Shown here piece after piece: positions 31,534 through 40,459 of a DNA stretch of 64,000 nt. The stretch is from Candidatus Multivoradales bacterium. GTDB taxonomy: Bacteria; Acidobacteriota; Thermoanaerobaculia; Multivoradales; JAHEKO01. The translations under genes and the position numbers were made by a program. The notes beneath the pieces are model-generated. The model was not told where the DNA came from and ran no database searches. It saw nothing but the letters and a program-made list of their open reading frames with translations. Numbering within the stretch: the stretch's first letter is position 1; each line of letters begins with the position of its first letter. The stretch covers positions 1,728,001 through 1,792,000 of the forward strand of contig CBDFIJ010000004.1 of the NCBI GenBank assembly GCA_965248055.1, written 5' to 3'.

Positions 31534-32849
31534 GAGCTTGCTGAAAAACCCCACCACCGGACCATAACGATTCTATAATTGGGAATAGGAGATTTTGATG
31601 CGTGGATCGGATCAAGGTCAGGGATCAATGTTCAGCTACGTTGACCTGGAACGGCGAATTCCTCGGTCTCATCCGTTGCGGCGGATCCGAAGTTTGATGG
31701 ACGAAGCTCTTGTAGAGCTATCGGAGCGTTTTGAGACGGTCTACGCTTCGAGTGGTCGTCCTTCGATTCCCCCCGAGCGTCTGCTCCGAGCATTGCTGCT
31801 TCAAGTGCTCTTCAGCGTGCGTAGTGAACGCCAGCTGATGGAGCAACTTGAGTACAACCTTCTATTTCGCTGGTTTGTCGGTCTTGGTATCGACGAGCGG
31901 GTGTGGGACGCGACGACGTTTTGCAAGAACCGAGAGCGCTTGCTCGAAGGTTCGATCGCGGAAGAACTGTTTGCAGCGGTGCTGTCTCAAGCCGAGGACC
32001 GTGATCTGCTGTCACCGGATCACTTCAGCGTTGATGGCACACTGATCGAGGCTTGGGCTTCGCACAAGAGCTTTCGGCCAAAGGACGAAGAGGTTAAACC
32101 TCTGGACGGTGGAGCGGACTTCCGAGGCCAGAAGCGGTTGAACCAAACGCACGCTTCGACGACCGACCCCGAGTCTCGGCTGTCGCGAAAAGGCCGTGGT
32201 AAGGAAGCAAAACTAAGCTACCGGGGCAACATTCTGGTCGAGAACCGGCACGGGATGATTGTCAACACCGAGGTCAACATCGTCACCGGCAACGGTGAGA
32301 CAACAGCGGCTCTGGCCATGCTGGAGCAGCGGGCTAGCAATCATCGCGTCACGGTGGGTGCTGACAAGGGCTATGACAACCGAGCGTTTGTAGAGAATGC
32401 GAGGAAGCTGAATGCGACACCTCACGTAGCGCAAAGCACCAAGAATCGCCGCAGCCGGATTGACCGACGCACCACTCGCCACGCAGGTTACGAGATCAGC
32501 TTGGCGAGACGACCCAGAGTCGAGGCACCCTTCGGCTGGCTCAAACAGTACGGACTGCAACGCAGACCGATGTTTCGAGGCGTAGCCCGCATCGGTTGGT
32601 CTTTCACTTTTGCGGCAACAGCGTTTAACTTGCTCCGAATAGCCAATCTGAGCGCGCCAACATGACGAATTTCTATCCCAAGTGCTCCTCAAATCGCTCG
32701 AATCACCCGGTAGGGCGAATCGAAGAGCTGACCCAAGGGGTCACCAACACCCTCAACTCGCCAGCCACCTTGATTCGTCTCCACATTCAAAGTACTTCGA
32801 CCGTTATGACCACTGAAATTAGCTCCGTTGCCCTTTTTTCAGCAGGCTG
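31534..32849 (+). mobile_element. IS5-family insertion sequence
   Basis: Terminal IRs GAGCTTGCTGAAAAA and (rc) CAGCCTGCTGAAAAA; CTAG on both sides (31530-31533 and 32850-32853); single transposase. Confidence 0.92.
31595..32665 (+). CDS. IS5-family DDE transposase
   Basis: GRPSIPPERLLRALLLQ, LLFRWFVGL, HFSVDGTLIEAWAS, TVGADKGYD, RPRVEAPFGWLK. Confidence 0.95.
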   Translation: MMRGSDQGQGSMFSYVDLERRIPRSHPLRRIRSLMDEALVELSERFETVYASSGRPSIPPERLLRALLLQVLFSVRSERQLMEQLEYNLLFRWFVGLGIDERVWDATTFCKNRERLLEGSIAEELFAAVLSQAEDRDLLSPDHFSVDGTLIEAWASHKSFRPKDEEVKPLDGGADFRGQKRLNQTHASTTDPESRLSRKGRGKEAKLSYRGNILVENRHGMIVNTEVNIVTGNGETTAALAMLEQRASNHRVTVGADKGYDNRAFVENARKLNATPHVAQSTKNRRSRIDRRTTRHAGYEISLARRPRVEAPFGWLKQYGLQRRPMFRGVARIGWSFTFAATAFNLLRIANLSAPT

Positions 32850-32946
32850 CTAGGGCACCGCAGCTCGACCTCGGGCCTGGTTCATCCCGCTGTTACTGTA
32901 CCCCTCAGCCCTCCACCACGACAACCTGGGGCGGTAGAATCTAGTA

Positions 32947-33186
32947 ATGACCAAGGCTGAACTGAGCAAGGCGGCGATGAACCTCTCCCCTGCCGAGCGG
33001 TTTGAACTGGCACAGAGACTTTGGGAAAGCCTAGAGCCAAACAAAGAAGACGGTGCGATTCCATTCTATGAATGGCAGCGAGAAGCGATCGATCTGGCGC
33101 TTACCAACTACGAGGCCAACCCCGACTCTGCCGTTCCCGCTGAAGAAGCCGAAGCCGAGATTCGAACTCGACTCGGCCTCGAATGA
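32947..33186 (+). CDS. Addiction-module antitoxin component
   Basis: LSPAERFELAQRLWESL...EWQREAIDLAL; ATGA overlap with the toxin. Confidence 0.85.
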   Translation: MTKAELSKAAMNLSPAERFELAQRLWESLEPNKEDGAIPFYEWQREAIDLALTNYEANPDSAVPAEEAEAEIRTRLGLE

Positions 33187-33482
33187 ATTCACTCTTTGCC
33201 CAAGAAGCACTCGACGATATCGAACGCGCGGCAACCTATTATCTTGAGAGCGCCAGCAAGGCCGTCGCCTCTGCTTTCTTTCGTGGCCTAACCGAAGCGC
33301 GATCGTTTGTGGAGGACCATCCACTCGGCGCTCCTCTGCTCTTTCTCCAAGTTCGCCGCAAGCGGCTCACCAAGTTTCCTTTTCTGCTGTTCTACGTCGC
33401 TGAACCGGACCGCGTGGTCATCCTGCGAGTTCTCCACTCCGCCCAAGATCCTGCACGCTGGCCGATCACGGATCGAAAATGA
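33183..33482 (+). CDS. Type II toxin, RelE/ParE family
   Basis: EALDDIERAATYY, RRKRLTKFPFLLFY, VVILRVLHSAQDP. Confidence 0.88.
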   Translation: MNSLFAQEALDDIERAATYYLESASKAVASAFFRGLTEARSFVEDHPLGAPLLFLQVRRKRLTKFPFLLFYVAEPDRVVILRVLHSAQDPARWPITDRK

Positions 33483-33563
33483 GTCGTCGCAAAAACTACT
33501 AAATCGATTACCCGATCTGGGATTGAGTTACACGAGCTGCTAGTTGAGCTCCCTAAAGACTTT

Positions 33564-33660
33564 TGAGAATCAGGGATTCGCTCCAAGCCGGTCCGCCGCT
33601 GGCGGACCGAGCACGACCGAACCCTGGCTACCAGCAACGACTGAGCTGAAAGCGAAGGAA
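33564..33660. repeat. Single tRNA-3'-end-derived hairpin unit downstream of tRNA-Gln
   Basis: Direct copy CAGGGATTCG at 33571-33580; perfect hairpin CGGTCCGCC-GCT-GGCGGACCG at 33589-33609; inverted copy CGAACCCTGGCTACCAGCAA at 33618-33637. Confidence 0.65.
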
Positions 33661-33734
33661 TGGCTGGGAGGCAGGGATTCGAACCCCGATTCTACGGGTC
33701 AGAGCCGTATGTCCTACCATTGAACGACCTCCCA
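33661..33734 (-). tRNA. tRNA-Gln (anticodon CTG)
   Basis: TGGGAGGTCGTTCAATGGTAGGACATACGGCT-CTG-ACCCGTAGAATCGGGGTTCGAATCCCTGCCTCCCAGCCA. Confidence 0.97.
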
Positions 33735-33899
33735 ACACCGGTTGGTGAAGCTAGCAGATGGGGAGAAAGAGGGTCAATTAAAAAATGTTGACTCAGCTCG
33801 TCGAGCACTTCAATGGCTTTGATTCACTCGGGCAGTTCTCGTTCCCTTTGGTTAATACTTCTTACCCCCCAGCAAAAATTCGTTCCTACCGTCACAACT

Positions 33900-34621
33900 G
33901 GGTGTACGTCAGATTTGTGAGATGAGCGTTGGGTGTGGCGATTGCTAGGCGGATTTGCGCGCTGGCGATGAGGGGTTCCAGAAGCGGTCGAACGCCAGCT
34001 CAATGCCGATCTCTCGGATCACTTGGGTGCGACGACGCCCTGCGGCGGTGGAAAGTCGGCTCGTTATGCGGGACGTCGCTCCAAACACTTCCAGACCGCC
34101 TCGGGGCCAATCAGCTCGTCGACTTCTGCTGTGACCTCGGTCTCGAGGATCGTCTGGAGCCCTTTTTTTTCTCCGCGTTTGTGCTTTCAAACTCGGGGTC
34201 GGTCAGCTCTGCATCGGCCAATTGCTCACAAGCCTGCCAATAAGCCTCCAGGTGCTGGCGAAACTTTCGACCTACGGCGATCTGTTGGCTTACTCTTTCG
34301 GCCTGTTGCGCCGTCAGACGCCGCGATTGTGTCCGGCCCCCCACCGCGCGAGTGAGGCTGAAGTAGGGACCGTGGCGGGCTTCTTCACTGCTGGCGCACT
34401 TACAGTTTGACTTGCCACACTTGAGAAAGCGCTCTCCGAGCGAGCCTCGTCGCATCGGCTTGGGGTGGCTGAAGCTCTCGACCACCTTTCGGACTGTTTC
34501 GGGGATCATTTTGGGTTTCGCCATGGCGTCCTCCTGTCGGCTATAATAGCCGACAGATAGATCCCCATGCAACCCAAGTCGCTTGAACATTCTCAGCTTC
34601 TCACACTGATGTCGTACACCC
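33900..34621 (-). mobile_element. Internally deleted (non-autonomous) ISKra4-like element
   Basis: 23-bp imperfect IRs GGGTGTACGTCAGATTTGTGAGA and (rc) GGGTGTACGACATCAGTGTGAGA; 9-bp direct repeat GTCACAACT at 33891-33899 and 34622-34630; only 722 bp, with no DDE domain. Confidence 0.8.
34111..34524 (-). CDS. DUF6788-like IS accessory protein (orfA)
   Basis: ATG 34524 after GGAGG; MRRGSLGERFLKCGKSNCKC...HGPYFSLTR motif; A8G slippery run at 34162-34170 near the 3' end. Confidence 0.8.
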   Translation of the reverse strand: MAKPKMIPETVRKVVESFSHPKPMRRGSLGERFLKCGKSNCKCASSEEARHGPYFSLTRAVGGRTQSRRLTAQQAERVSQQIAVGRKFRQHLEAYWQACEQLADAELTDPEFESTNAEKKKGSRRSSRPRSQQKSTS

Positions 34622-34794
34622 GTCACAACTTTGCGCCTTCACGAGATAGCTTTTTTCAAGTACGCTTTATCTCTGCATTCGTTGACTGAGCGGTGTCAAC
34701 CTAGGTTGTCGCTAATGTAGGGGCAACCTCCGATACGAATGATCCCGTAGCGAAAATATCGCTGCTTAGACCGTTCTAAAAGGAACTCTCCATC

Positions 34795-35511
34795 GTGCCC
34801 AAAGACACTCCTAACCCAAAAGCCAGTCAGGCTGTCACCGCTCTCGACTCCCGTTGTGACAGCGATGATAGTCGTTCTAATTGTTCGGCACCAACAGGTT
34901 CTCTCCATAGAGAAACACGTTGCTTAACTTGTTGCACACTTATTGAGCCCGGAGCAACAAAGTGCATCCACTGCAACAGCTACCAAAACTACAAAAGATA
35001 CTTTTCAATTGGGCTACCCTTCTTGTCGCTTCTGGTTGCTCTAGCTTCAGTTTTCACCGTTATGATTTCCGAAGTTAGCAAGCTTCCGAGGTCTGAAGTT
35101 CAGATTCGGGTAGTCAAAGTGGAAGTTCGAGACTTTCCCGAGAACTCTCGAAGCACATACGTCCGCCTTTGGATGCAGAACCGCGGAAATCGGCCAGCAA
35201 CTGTTCGCAGTATTCACGTTGCTTGGAAGAGCGCTGAGCAGAAAAATAACACCCTGCGCAATCCTGACTACTTCAACGTAGAGACTGCTACCCATCCATA
35301 TCCAGATGGTGGCCGCGCTATTCCGATTGTGCTCTTGTCCGGTGTGACGGGCGTCTTTGAGGTAGTCTGGGAAAGTCATGAAGAGATAATAGAAACCACC
35401 CCTTGTAGAGTCAGACTTCAAGTACTCAACTGGCGTGGTCAAGCGGAAAAGATGGAACTAGATTGCTGGTCTTGGGGTCACGATGTGGATTCCGATGTCT
35501 GGTCAAGCTAG
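34795..35511 (+). CDS. Hypothetical protein: zinc ribbon + single TM + beta-rich domain
   Basis: CLTC...ATKCIHCNSYQ, then TM IGLPFLSLLVALASVFTV, then YVRLWMQNRGNRPATV. Start uncertain. Confidence 0.6.
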   Translation: MPKDTPNPKASQAVTALDSRCDSDDSRSNCSAPTGSLHRETRCLTCCTLIEPGATKCIHCNSYQNYKRYFSIGLPFLSLLVALASVFTVMISEVSKLPRSEVQIRVVKVEVRDFPENSRSTYVRLWMQNRGNRPATVRSIHVAWKSAEQKNNTLRNPDYFNVETATHPYPDGGRAIPIVLLSGVTGVFEVVWESHEEIIETTPCRVRLQVLNWRGQAEKMELDCWSWGHDVDSDVWSS

Positions 35512-35703
35512 AGTGAAATCGTCCTGTGTTCGCAGTTAGGCCACTGTTGTGGAGGCAGAGCCCGGGGCGAAGCTCCAAGATTTTGGGCGTTTGTTTTCTT
35601 GACCCCATCAGGCGGTGGAAAAACCAAGGAAGGAGGCCCTATCTGCCAACGTAGCTGAGACACTTGGCCCCCTGATAATTAGAGGGCGGAAGGAGGTTTC
35701 AGT

Positions 35704-36183
35704 ATGTTTCAGAATCAGCCCATATTGCCCGTCTCGCCGAAGGCGACCGAGGAGCGTAGCGACGAGGGATCCGGAGGGGAGACGGCGCAGTTGTCCTCGA
35801 CCCCCGAATCGGTACCCGACCCTGAGATCGAGGCTCGACCCGCCAGACGGCGGTTTACGGCAAAGTACAAGCTGGCGATCTTGGAGCAGGCCGACGCTTG
35901 CTCCAGCCGAGAGGAGGTCGGGTCCCTGTTGCGCCGGGAGGGTCTCTACTCATCTCATCTATCTAACTGGCGCCTAGCTCGGCGACGGGGATCGCTTGCC
36001 GCGCTAGGCAAGAGGCGCGGACGCAAACCCAAAAGGCACCCGTTGGAAAGCAAGGTTGCTCGACTAGAGCGGGAGAAGACTCGGCTTGAGAACGAATTGC
36101 ACAGGGCACAGCTGATCATCGATGTGCAAAGAAAAGTAGCCGGGCTGCTGGGTATCCCCTCAGAGGGCGAGAAGAACTCGTGA
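35704..36183 (+). CDS. IS3-family transposase OrfA (HTH)
   Basis: RRRFTAKYKLAIL...LLRREGLYSSHLSNWR, then a coiled coil. Confidence 0.9.
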   Translation: MFQNQPILPVSPKATEERSDEGSGGETAQLSSTPESVPDPEIEARPARRRFTAKYKLAILEQADACSSREEVGSLLRREGLYSSHLSNWRLARRRGSLAALGKRRGRKPKRHPLESKVARLEREKTRLENELHRAQLIIDVQRKVAGLLGIPSEGEKNS

Positions 36184-37193
36184 AAGCGGCCAGGACGCTG
36201 GCTCCGTGGGTCGGTATCGCACCGGCCTGCCGGAGCCTGAGCGTCAGTCGTGCAACGTTCTATCGTCGGCTTCGGCCGAGATCAACCGAGCCTCAGCAGC
36301 CTCGACCGACTCCAGCTCGGGCACTGACAGTCAGCGAAAAACAACAGGTCCTTGACCTACTCAACGGGCCGCGCTTTGTCGACGCTGCACCGGCGGCCGT
36401 GGTGGCCACCCTTCTCGACGAAGAACGCTATCTGTGCTCGGAGCGCACCATGTACCGACTCCTGGCAGCTGAGAAGACGTTGCAGGAGAGACGGCGCCAA
36501 CGCCGCCATCCGGTCTATACCAAGCCAGAGCTACTCGCCACAGCGGCAAACCAAGTCTGGAGCTGGGATATCACCCGGCTGCGAGGTCCGCAGCCGGGAT
36601 GGTGGTTCTATCTCTACGTTGTCCTCGATATCTTCAGCCGCTATGTGGTCGGCTGGATGCTCGCCGAGCACGAACGCGAGGCCTTAGCCCAAAGGCTTCT
36701 CAAGGAGACCTCAACCAAGCAAGGCATTCCCAAGAATCAGCTAACCCTACACAGTGATCGGGGCTCGCCGATGACCGCCAAGGACACCGGACGACTCCTC
36801 GTACGGCTTGGTATCTCTCAGTCGTTCTCGCGGCCTCGCATCTCCAACGATAATCCCTTCTCCGAAGCCCAATTCAAGACCCTCAAGTATCACCCGAGCT
36901 TTCCCGATCGGTTCGGCTCGATCGAGGACGCTATCGCCTTTTGCAGGTCGTTCATTATCTGGTACAACACCCAGCACCGTCACGCCGGCATCGCCATGCT
37001 GACACCCGAAGATGTCCACTACGGCAAGGCCGACCACAAGCTCAAGATCCGTCAACTAGCCCTCGATGAAGCCTGGCGAAACAACCCGCAGCGCTTTGTC
37101 CGAGGAAGACCGACCATTCAGCTACTACCCAGAGCCGTATGGATCAATCCACCCGAACGTCAACATGCCAAGGAGGTCGTCCCGATACACTAA
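36180..37193 (+). CDS. IS3-family transposase OrfB (rve integrase core)
   Basis: WSWDIT, LDIFSRYVVGW, LHSDRGSPM, SNDNPFSEAQFKTLK (DDE). Confidence 0.95.
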   Translation: MKAARTLAPWVGIAPACRSLSVSRATFYRRLRPRSTEPQQPRPTPARALTVSEKQQVLDLLNGPRFVDAAPAAVVATLLDEERYLCSERTMYRLLAAEKTLQERRRQRRHPVYTKPELLATAANQVWSWDITRLRGPQPGWWFYLYVVLDIFSRYVVGWMLAEHEREALAQRLLKETSTKQGIPKNQLTLHSDRGSPMTAKDTGRLLVRLGISQSFSRPRISNDNPFSEAQFKTLKYHPSFPDRFGSIEDAIAFCRSFIIWYNTQHRHAGIAMLTPEDVHYGKADHKLKIRQLALDEAWRNNPQRFVRGRPTIQLLPRAVWINPPERQHAKEVVPIH

Positions 37194-37418
37194 TTAATTC
37201 TGCCAACTGTCTCAAAGTTGTTGACAGGTTCCGAGGAGCCAAGAGGCAATCTAGAATCAAACCGCCAGGGAAACGCTTCCAGCGTTAATACTGTGTTTGT
37301 ACACGCAGCCGAAAAAGAATTTGGCGTTGGACGAATTGCTATCGGCGCAAAGGTTCAGACACTGAATGGCCGCTGGAATGAGTGCTTTGATAATTTCTCA
37401 GCGTCCGTCAGGTAAGCA

Positions 37419-38288
37419 CTAACTCGGATGCCACCCTTGCCAGATTTCTAGATAAACAACAATGCTACTTTGCGCTATATCTTCTTCAAATCGCCATTCG
37501 CGTTGATAAAGCATCCCGACATCAAAGTATCCTGCTACAAACTTGCTACGATAAAACTTTAATCCCAAGCCCAAGACGGCCCGATTGTTCCAAGAGAATC
37601 CCTCTGAGTCGACACTACTGTAGACCTTTCCGACGGCTCGAAATGAGCCGGCTTCGGTTACCTTCAAGGTAATTGCCTGCTGGACATCCAATCCCACCGT
37701 AGCGTTACCTGGTTCTGTTGGATATTGATTGCCTCCACCAATCCAGAAACTTCCTGAGGTCCGCCCTGGAATGTCAGCCTCATCTCTTGCTTCAGCACCC
37801 CAACGCTTCCAGGCTTCAAAGAAAAAAAGAAGTTGGTCTTCCTGTATTCCGTTTTGGAATCGGTGCTCGGACACATATCCAACTCCAGTCTCCAAATAAT
37901 GGTTGGCGCGAGATCTCCGTAATTCGAAACCAGTTTTGAGAATAGCTCGATTGTTCCAATCAAAATTCTGTCGGTCCCCACTAACACTCAGTGACGCAAA
38001 CGGCTCGAAGCACAGCTTGCCGAGACTCCACCGTGGCCATCTCTTCTTAATCAACGCACTGCCGATGACATTGTTTTCCTCGGTTGGAAAAGGGTTGCCC
38101 ACTCGACTCCATAGCGTTAGCGCATATCCTTCACCGCATGCATTTTTTTCTGTCGCAGCAAATACATTTACAGGAAAGAATAGGCACACAGAAATTACTA
38201 TGACTAGAACCAAACCGAACGACCAGGGAACAGCAGTTCTTCTCGGTCTGTGCTCTTCGTGAAAGAGAGTATTGAGAGCTTTCTTCAT
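37419..38288 (-). CDS. Putative outer-membrane beta-barrel protein with two-fold internal repeat
   Basis: N-terminal hydrophobic/signal segment; alternating beta-strand pattern; duplicated motifs GNPFPTEEN/GNQYPTEPGN and DRQNFDWNNRA/DSEGFSWNNRA; visibly AT-richer DNA. Confidence 0.6.
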   Translation of the reverse strand: MKKALNTLFHEEHRPRRTAVPWSFGLVLVIVISVCLFFPVNVFAATEKNACGEGYALTLWSRVGNPFPTEENNVIGSALIKKRWPRWSLGKLCFEPFASLSVSGDRQNFDWNNRAILKTGFELRRSRANHYLETGVGYVSEHRFQNGIQEDQLLFFFEAWKRWGAEARDEADIPGRTSGSFWIGGGNQYPTEPGNATVGLDVQQAITLKVTEAGSFRAVGKVYSSVDSEGFSWNNRAVLGLGLKFYRSKFVAGYFDVGMLYQREWRFEEDIAQSSIVVYLEIWQGWHPS

Positions 38289-38441
38289 AGCAAATCACCG
38301 CCAATGCCGCTGCTCCTGGAGCTCGATGCAAACTATTCAATATCTTAATGACTATTGAATAGTAGCACAAAGGGACCTCCTGAAGCGGGCCATCGAAACC
38401 CATAAGGACGATGTATCCTTGAGAACTTCGCGCTTAGCAGG

Positions 38442-39329
38442 ATGTACATGAAGCGATCTCAGGCCCACTCGCTCCTCTTGCTCGCCGCCGCGATCTGGGG
38501 CTTCTCGTTTGTCGGTCAAGAACGGGCGATGGAGCACCTCAGCCCCTTGGCGTTCAACGCCGTACGTTTTGCAATTGGCGGTTTGGTACTGCTGCACTGG
38601 GCAGGGAAGATCGCGCTGCGACGTGACCTGCTATCGACGCTCAGAGCGGGGTCGGTGCTGGGGGTGATTCTGTTTGCCGGCTCATGGCTGCAACAGGCCG
38701 GCATCCAAGACGTGGATACCGGCGCCGGCGATGCTGGATTTATCACCGGCCTCTATGTGGTTTTGGTACCTATCTTGGGGCTGGCGTTCGGGCGCAAGAC
38801 CACTCGTTGGATTTGGGTAGGGGTGGTGTTCGCCTTCGTCGGGCTGTATTTCTTGAGTGTCCGCGACGGCTTGACCATGAGCCGCGGCGATCTGCTGGTG
38901 CTGCTGGGAGCCTTCTGTTGGACCTTTCACATTTTGCTGATCGACAAATACACCCGGCATCATCAACCGTTGCATCTAGCTGCTGTGCAGTTTCTGGTTT
39001 GCTCGGCTTTGAACGGAGTCTTCATGGTTGCGCTTGGGGAGTCGATCGCTTGGCAAGCTGCCACAGCGGCTTGGTTGCCGATCCTTTACTGCGGTTTATT
39101 TGCCACGGCGATTGGGTTCACCCTGCAAATTGTTGCTCAAGAGCACGCCCATCCGTCGACCGCCGGAATCTTGCTCTCCGGCGAAATGATCTTCGCCGCA
39201 ATCGGCGGCTGGCTACTCCTTGGCGAGAGGATGGACGCACGTGCAGCGCTCGGGGCGGCGTTGATGATGATCGGAATCTTGCTAGCCCAGCTGCCGTGGC
39301 GATCTACCGTTTCGGTCTCGGATAGTTAA
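38442..39329 (+). CDS. DMT/EamA-family transporter
   Basis: AAAIWGFSFV, AGFITGLYVVLVP, TLQIVAQ, GWLLLGE; 10 TM helices. Confidence 0.93.
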   Translation: MYMKRSQAHSLLLLAAAIWGFSFVGQERAMEHLSPLAFNAVRFAIGGLVLLHWAGKIALRRDLLSTLRAGSVLGVILFAGSWLQQAGIQDVDTGAGDAGFITGLYVVLVPILGLAFGRKTTRWIWVGVVFAFVGLYFLSVRDGLTMSRGDLLVLLGAFCWTFHILLIDKYTRHHQPLHLAAVQFLVCSALNGVFMVALGESIAWQAATAAWLPILYCGLFATAIGFTLQIVAQEHAHPSTAGILLSGEMIFAAIGGWLLLGERMDARAALGAALMMIGILLAQLPWRSTVSVSDS

Positions 39330-39426
39330 CCTATCTTTCTGGGAACCAGCCGGACGCGGTCTCAGACCTGTACTGAGGGGTACAATCCGCCAGCAGTCGG
39401 ACCACCAAAAACCGGGACGCTAAACC

Positions 39427-40443
39427 ATGAGACTCGCACCTCTTTGCACCGTTATCGTTCTTGCCCTCGCCGCTTGCGGCGATGGTCGAACCCCTTTGTT
39501 GGTCTATTCGCCGCACGGCAAGGAGATTCTGCTTCCGGTGGAGCAGCGATTTGAACAACTGCACCCCGATATCGACCTGCGTTGGTTGGATATGGGATCG
39601 CAAGAAGTTCTGGATCGCATCCGCTCGGAGCGCGCCAACCCACAAGCTGATGTTTGGTACGGCGGACCACACACAATCTTCGAGCAGGGGATCGAGATCG
39701 ATTTATTGGCGCCTTATCGACCAGCATGGGCAGATCAGTTGCCCGCAGGAACGGCACAGGCCGATGATCTCTATTTCGCCATCTACCGTGCGACACCGGT
39801 CCTGGTCTACAACCAAGACCTAGTGACCGAGGAAGAGGCCCCGGCAACCTGGGATGACCTGCTCGACCCCAAGTGGAATCAGAAAGTGGTTCTGCGCGAG
39901 CCCCCAGCGAGTGGCACCATGCGCACATTGTTCGGCATGGTGCTTTCTGACTCGGTGCGCAATACCGGTGACGAAAAACAGGGCTTTGAGTGGCTGCTCG
40001 CTTTGGACCGTCAAACCAAGGAGTACGTGCCCAACCCAACCCTGCTGTTTGAGAAATTGGCGCGCGGTGAAGGACTCGTGTCGATGTGGGAGATCACCGA
40101 TATCTTGGCGTTAGCCAAGAAAGGCTCGCCGCTCGCCTACAAGCTTTCCGCCAGCGGTACTCCGTTCATCTTGGATGCGGTCGGCATCGTCAATGGCGCC
40201 CCCCACCCCGAGGCGGCAAAGCGTTTTCTGGATTGGGTGGGTACCGACGAAGCTCTGTTGCTGGTGCTGGATAATGGCTACCGTTTGCCTGCCCGCAGCG
40301 ACCTCGACAGCGACGACCTGCCGGACTGGGCGCGAGAAGCGTTGACCGCGGCAACCCCTGCCGAGATCGATTGGGATCTGGTCACCGAGCGCGGTAACCA
40401 GTGGATGGTGCACTGGGATCGTGAGATCCGTGGTCGCGGATAG
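39427..40443 (+). CDS. ABC transporter substrate-binding lipoprotein (Fe3+/polyamine/thiamine class)
   Basis: Lipobox LAAC; LVYSPHG, ERANPQADVWYGG, TWDDLLDPKW, APHPEAAKRFLDW. Confidence 0.9.
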   Translation: MRLAPLCTVIVLALAACGDGRTPLLVYSPHGKEILLPVEQRFEQLHPDIDLRWLDMGSQEVLDRIRSERANPQADVWYGGPHTIFEQGIEIDLLAPYRPAWADQLPAGTAQADDLYFAIYRATPVLVYNQDLVTEEEAPATWDDLLDPKWNQKVVLREPPASGTMRTLFGMVLSDSVRNTGDEKQGFEWLLALDRQTKEYVPNPTLLFEKLARGEGLVSMWEITDILALAKKGSPLAYKLSASGTPFILDAVGIVNGAPHPEAAKRFLDWVGTDEALLLVLDNGYRLPARSDLDSDDLPDWAREALTAATPAEIDWDLVTERGNQWMVHWDREIRGRG

Positions 40444-40459
40444 TTCGTAAGGATCCAGC

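Larger units (their letters stand above)
35644..37226 (+). mobile_element. IS3-family insertion sequence
   Basis: Imperfect 25-bp IRs TGCCAACGTAGCTGAGACACTTGGC and (rc) TGTCAACAACTTTGAGACAGTTGGC; orfA + orfB; no clear TSD. Confidence 0.88.

Noticed and set aside
35630-37240. Target-site duplication for the IS3 element, or a composite transposon with the neighbouring IS
   Set aside because: The flanks (CCCTATC and GGTTCCG) share no direct repeat, and the flanking IS elements belong to different families.
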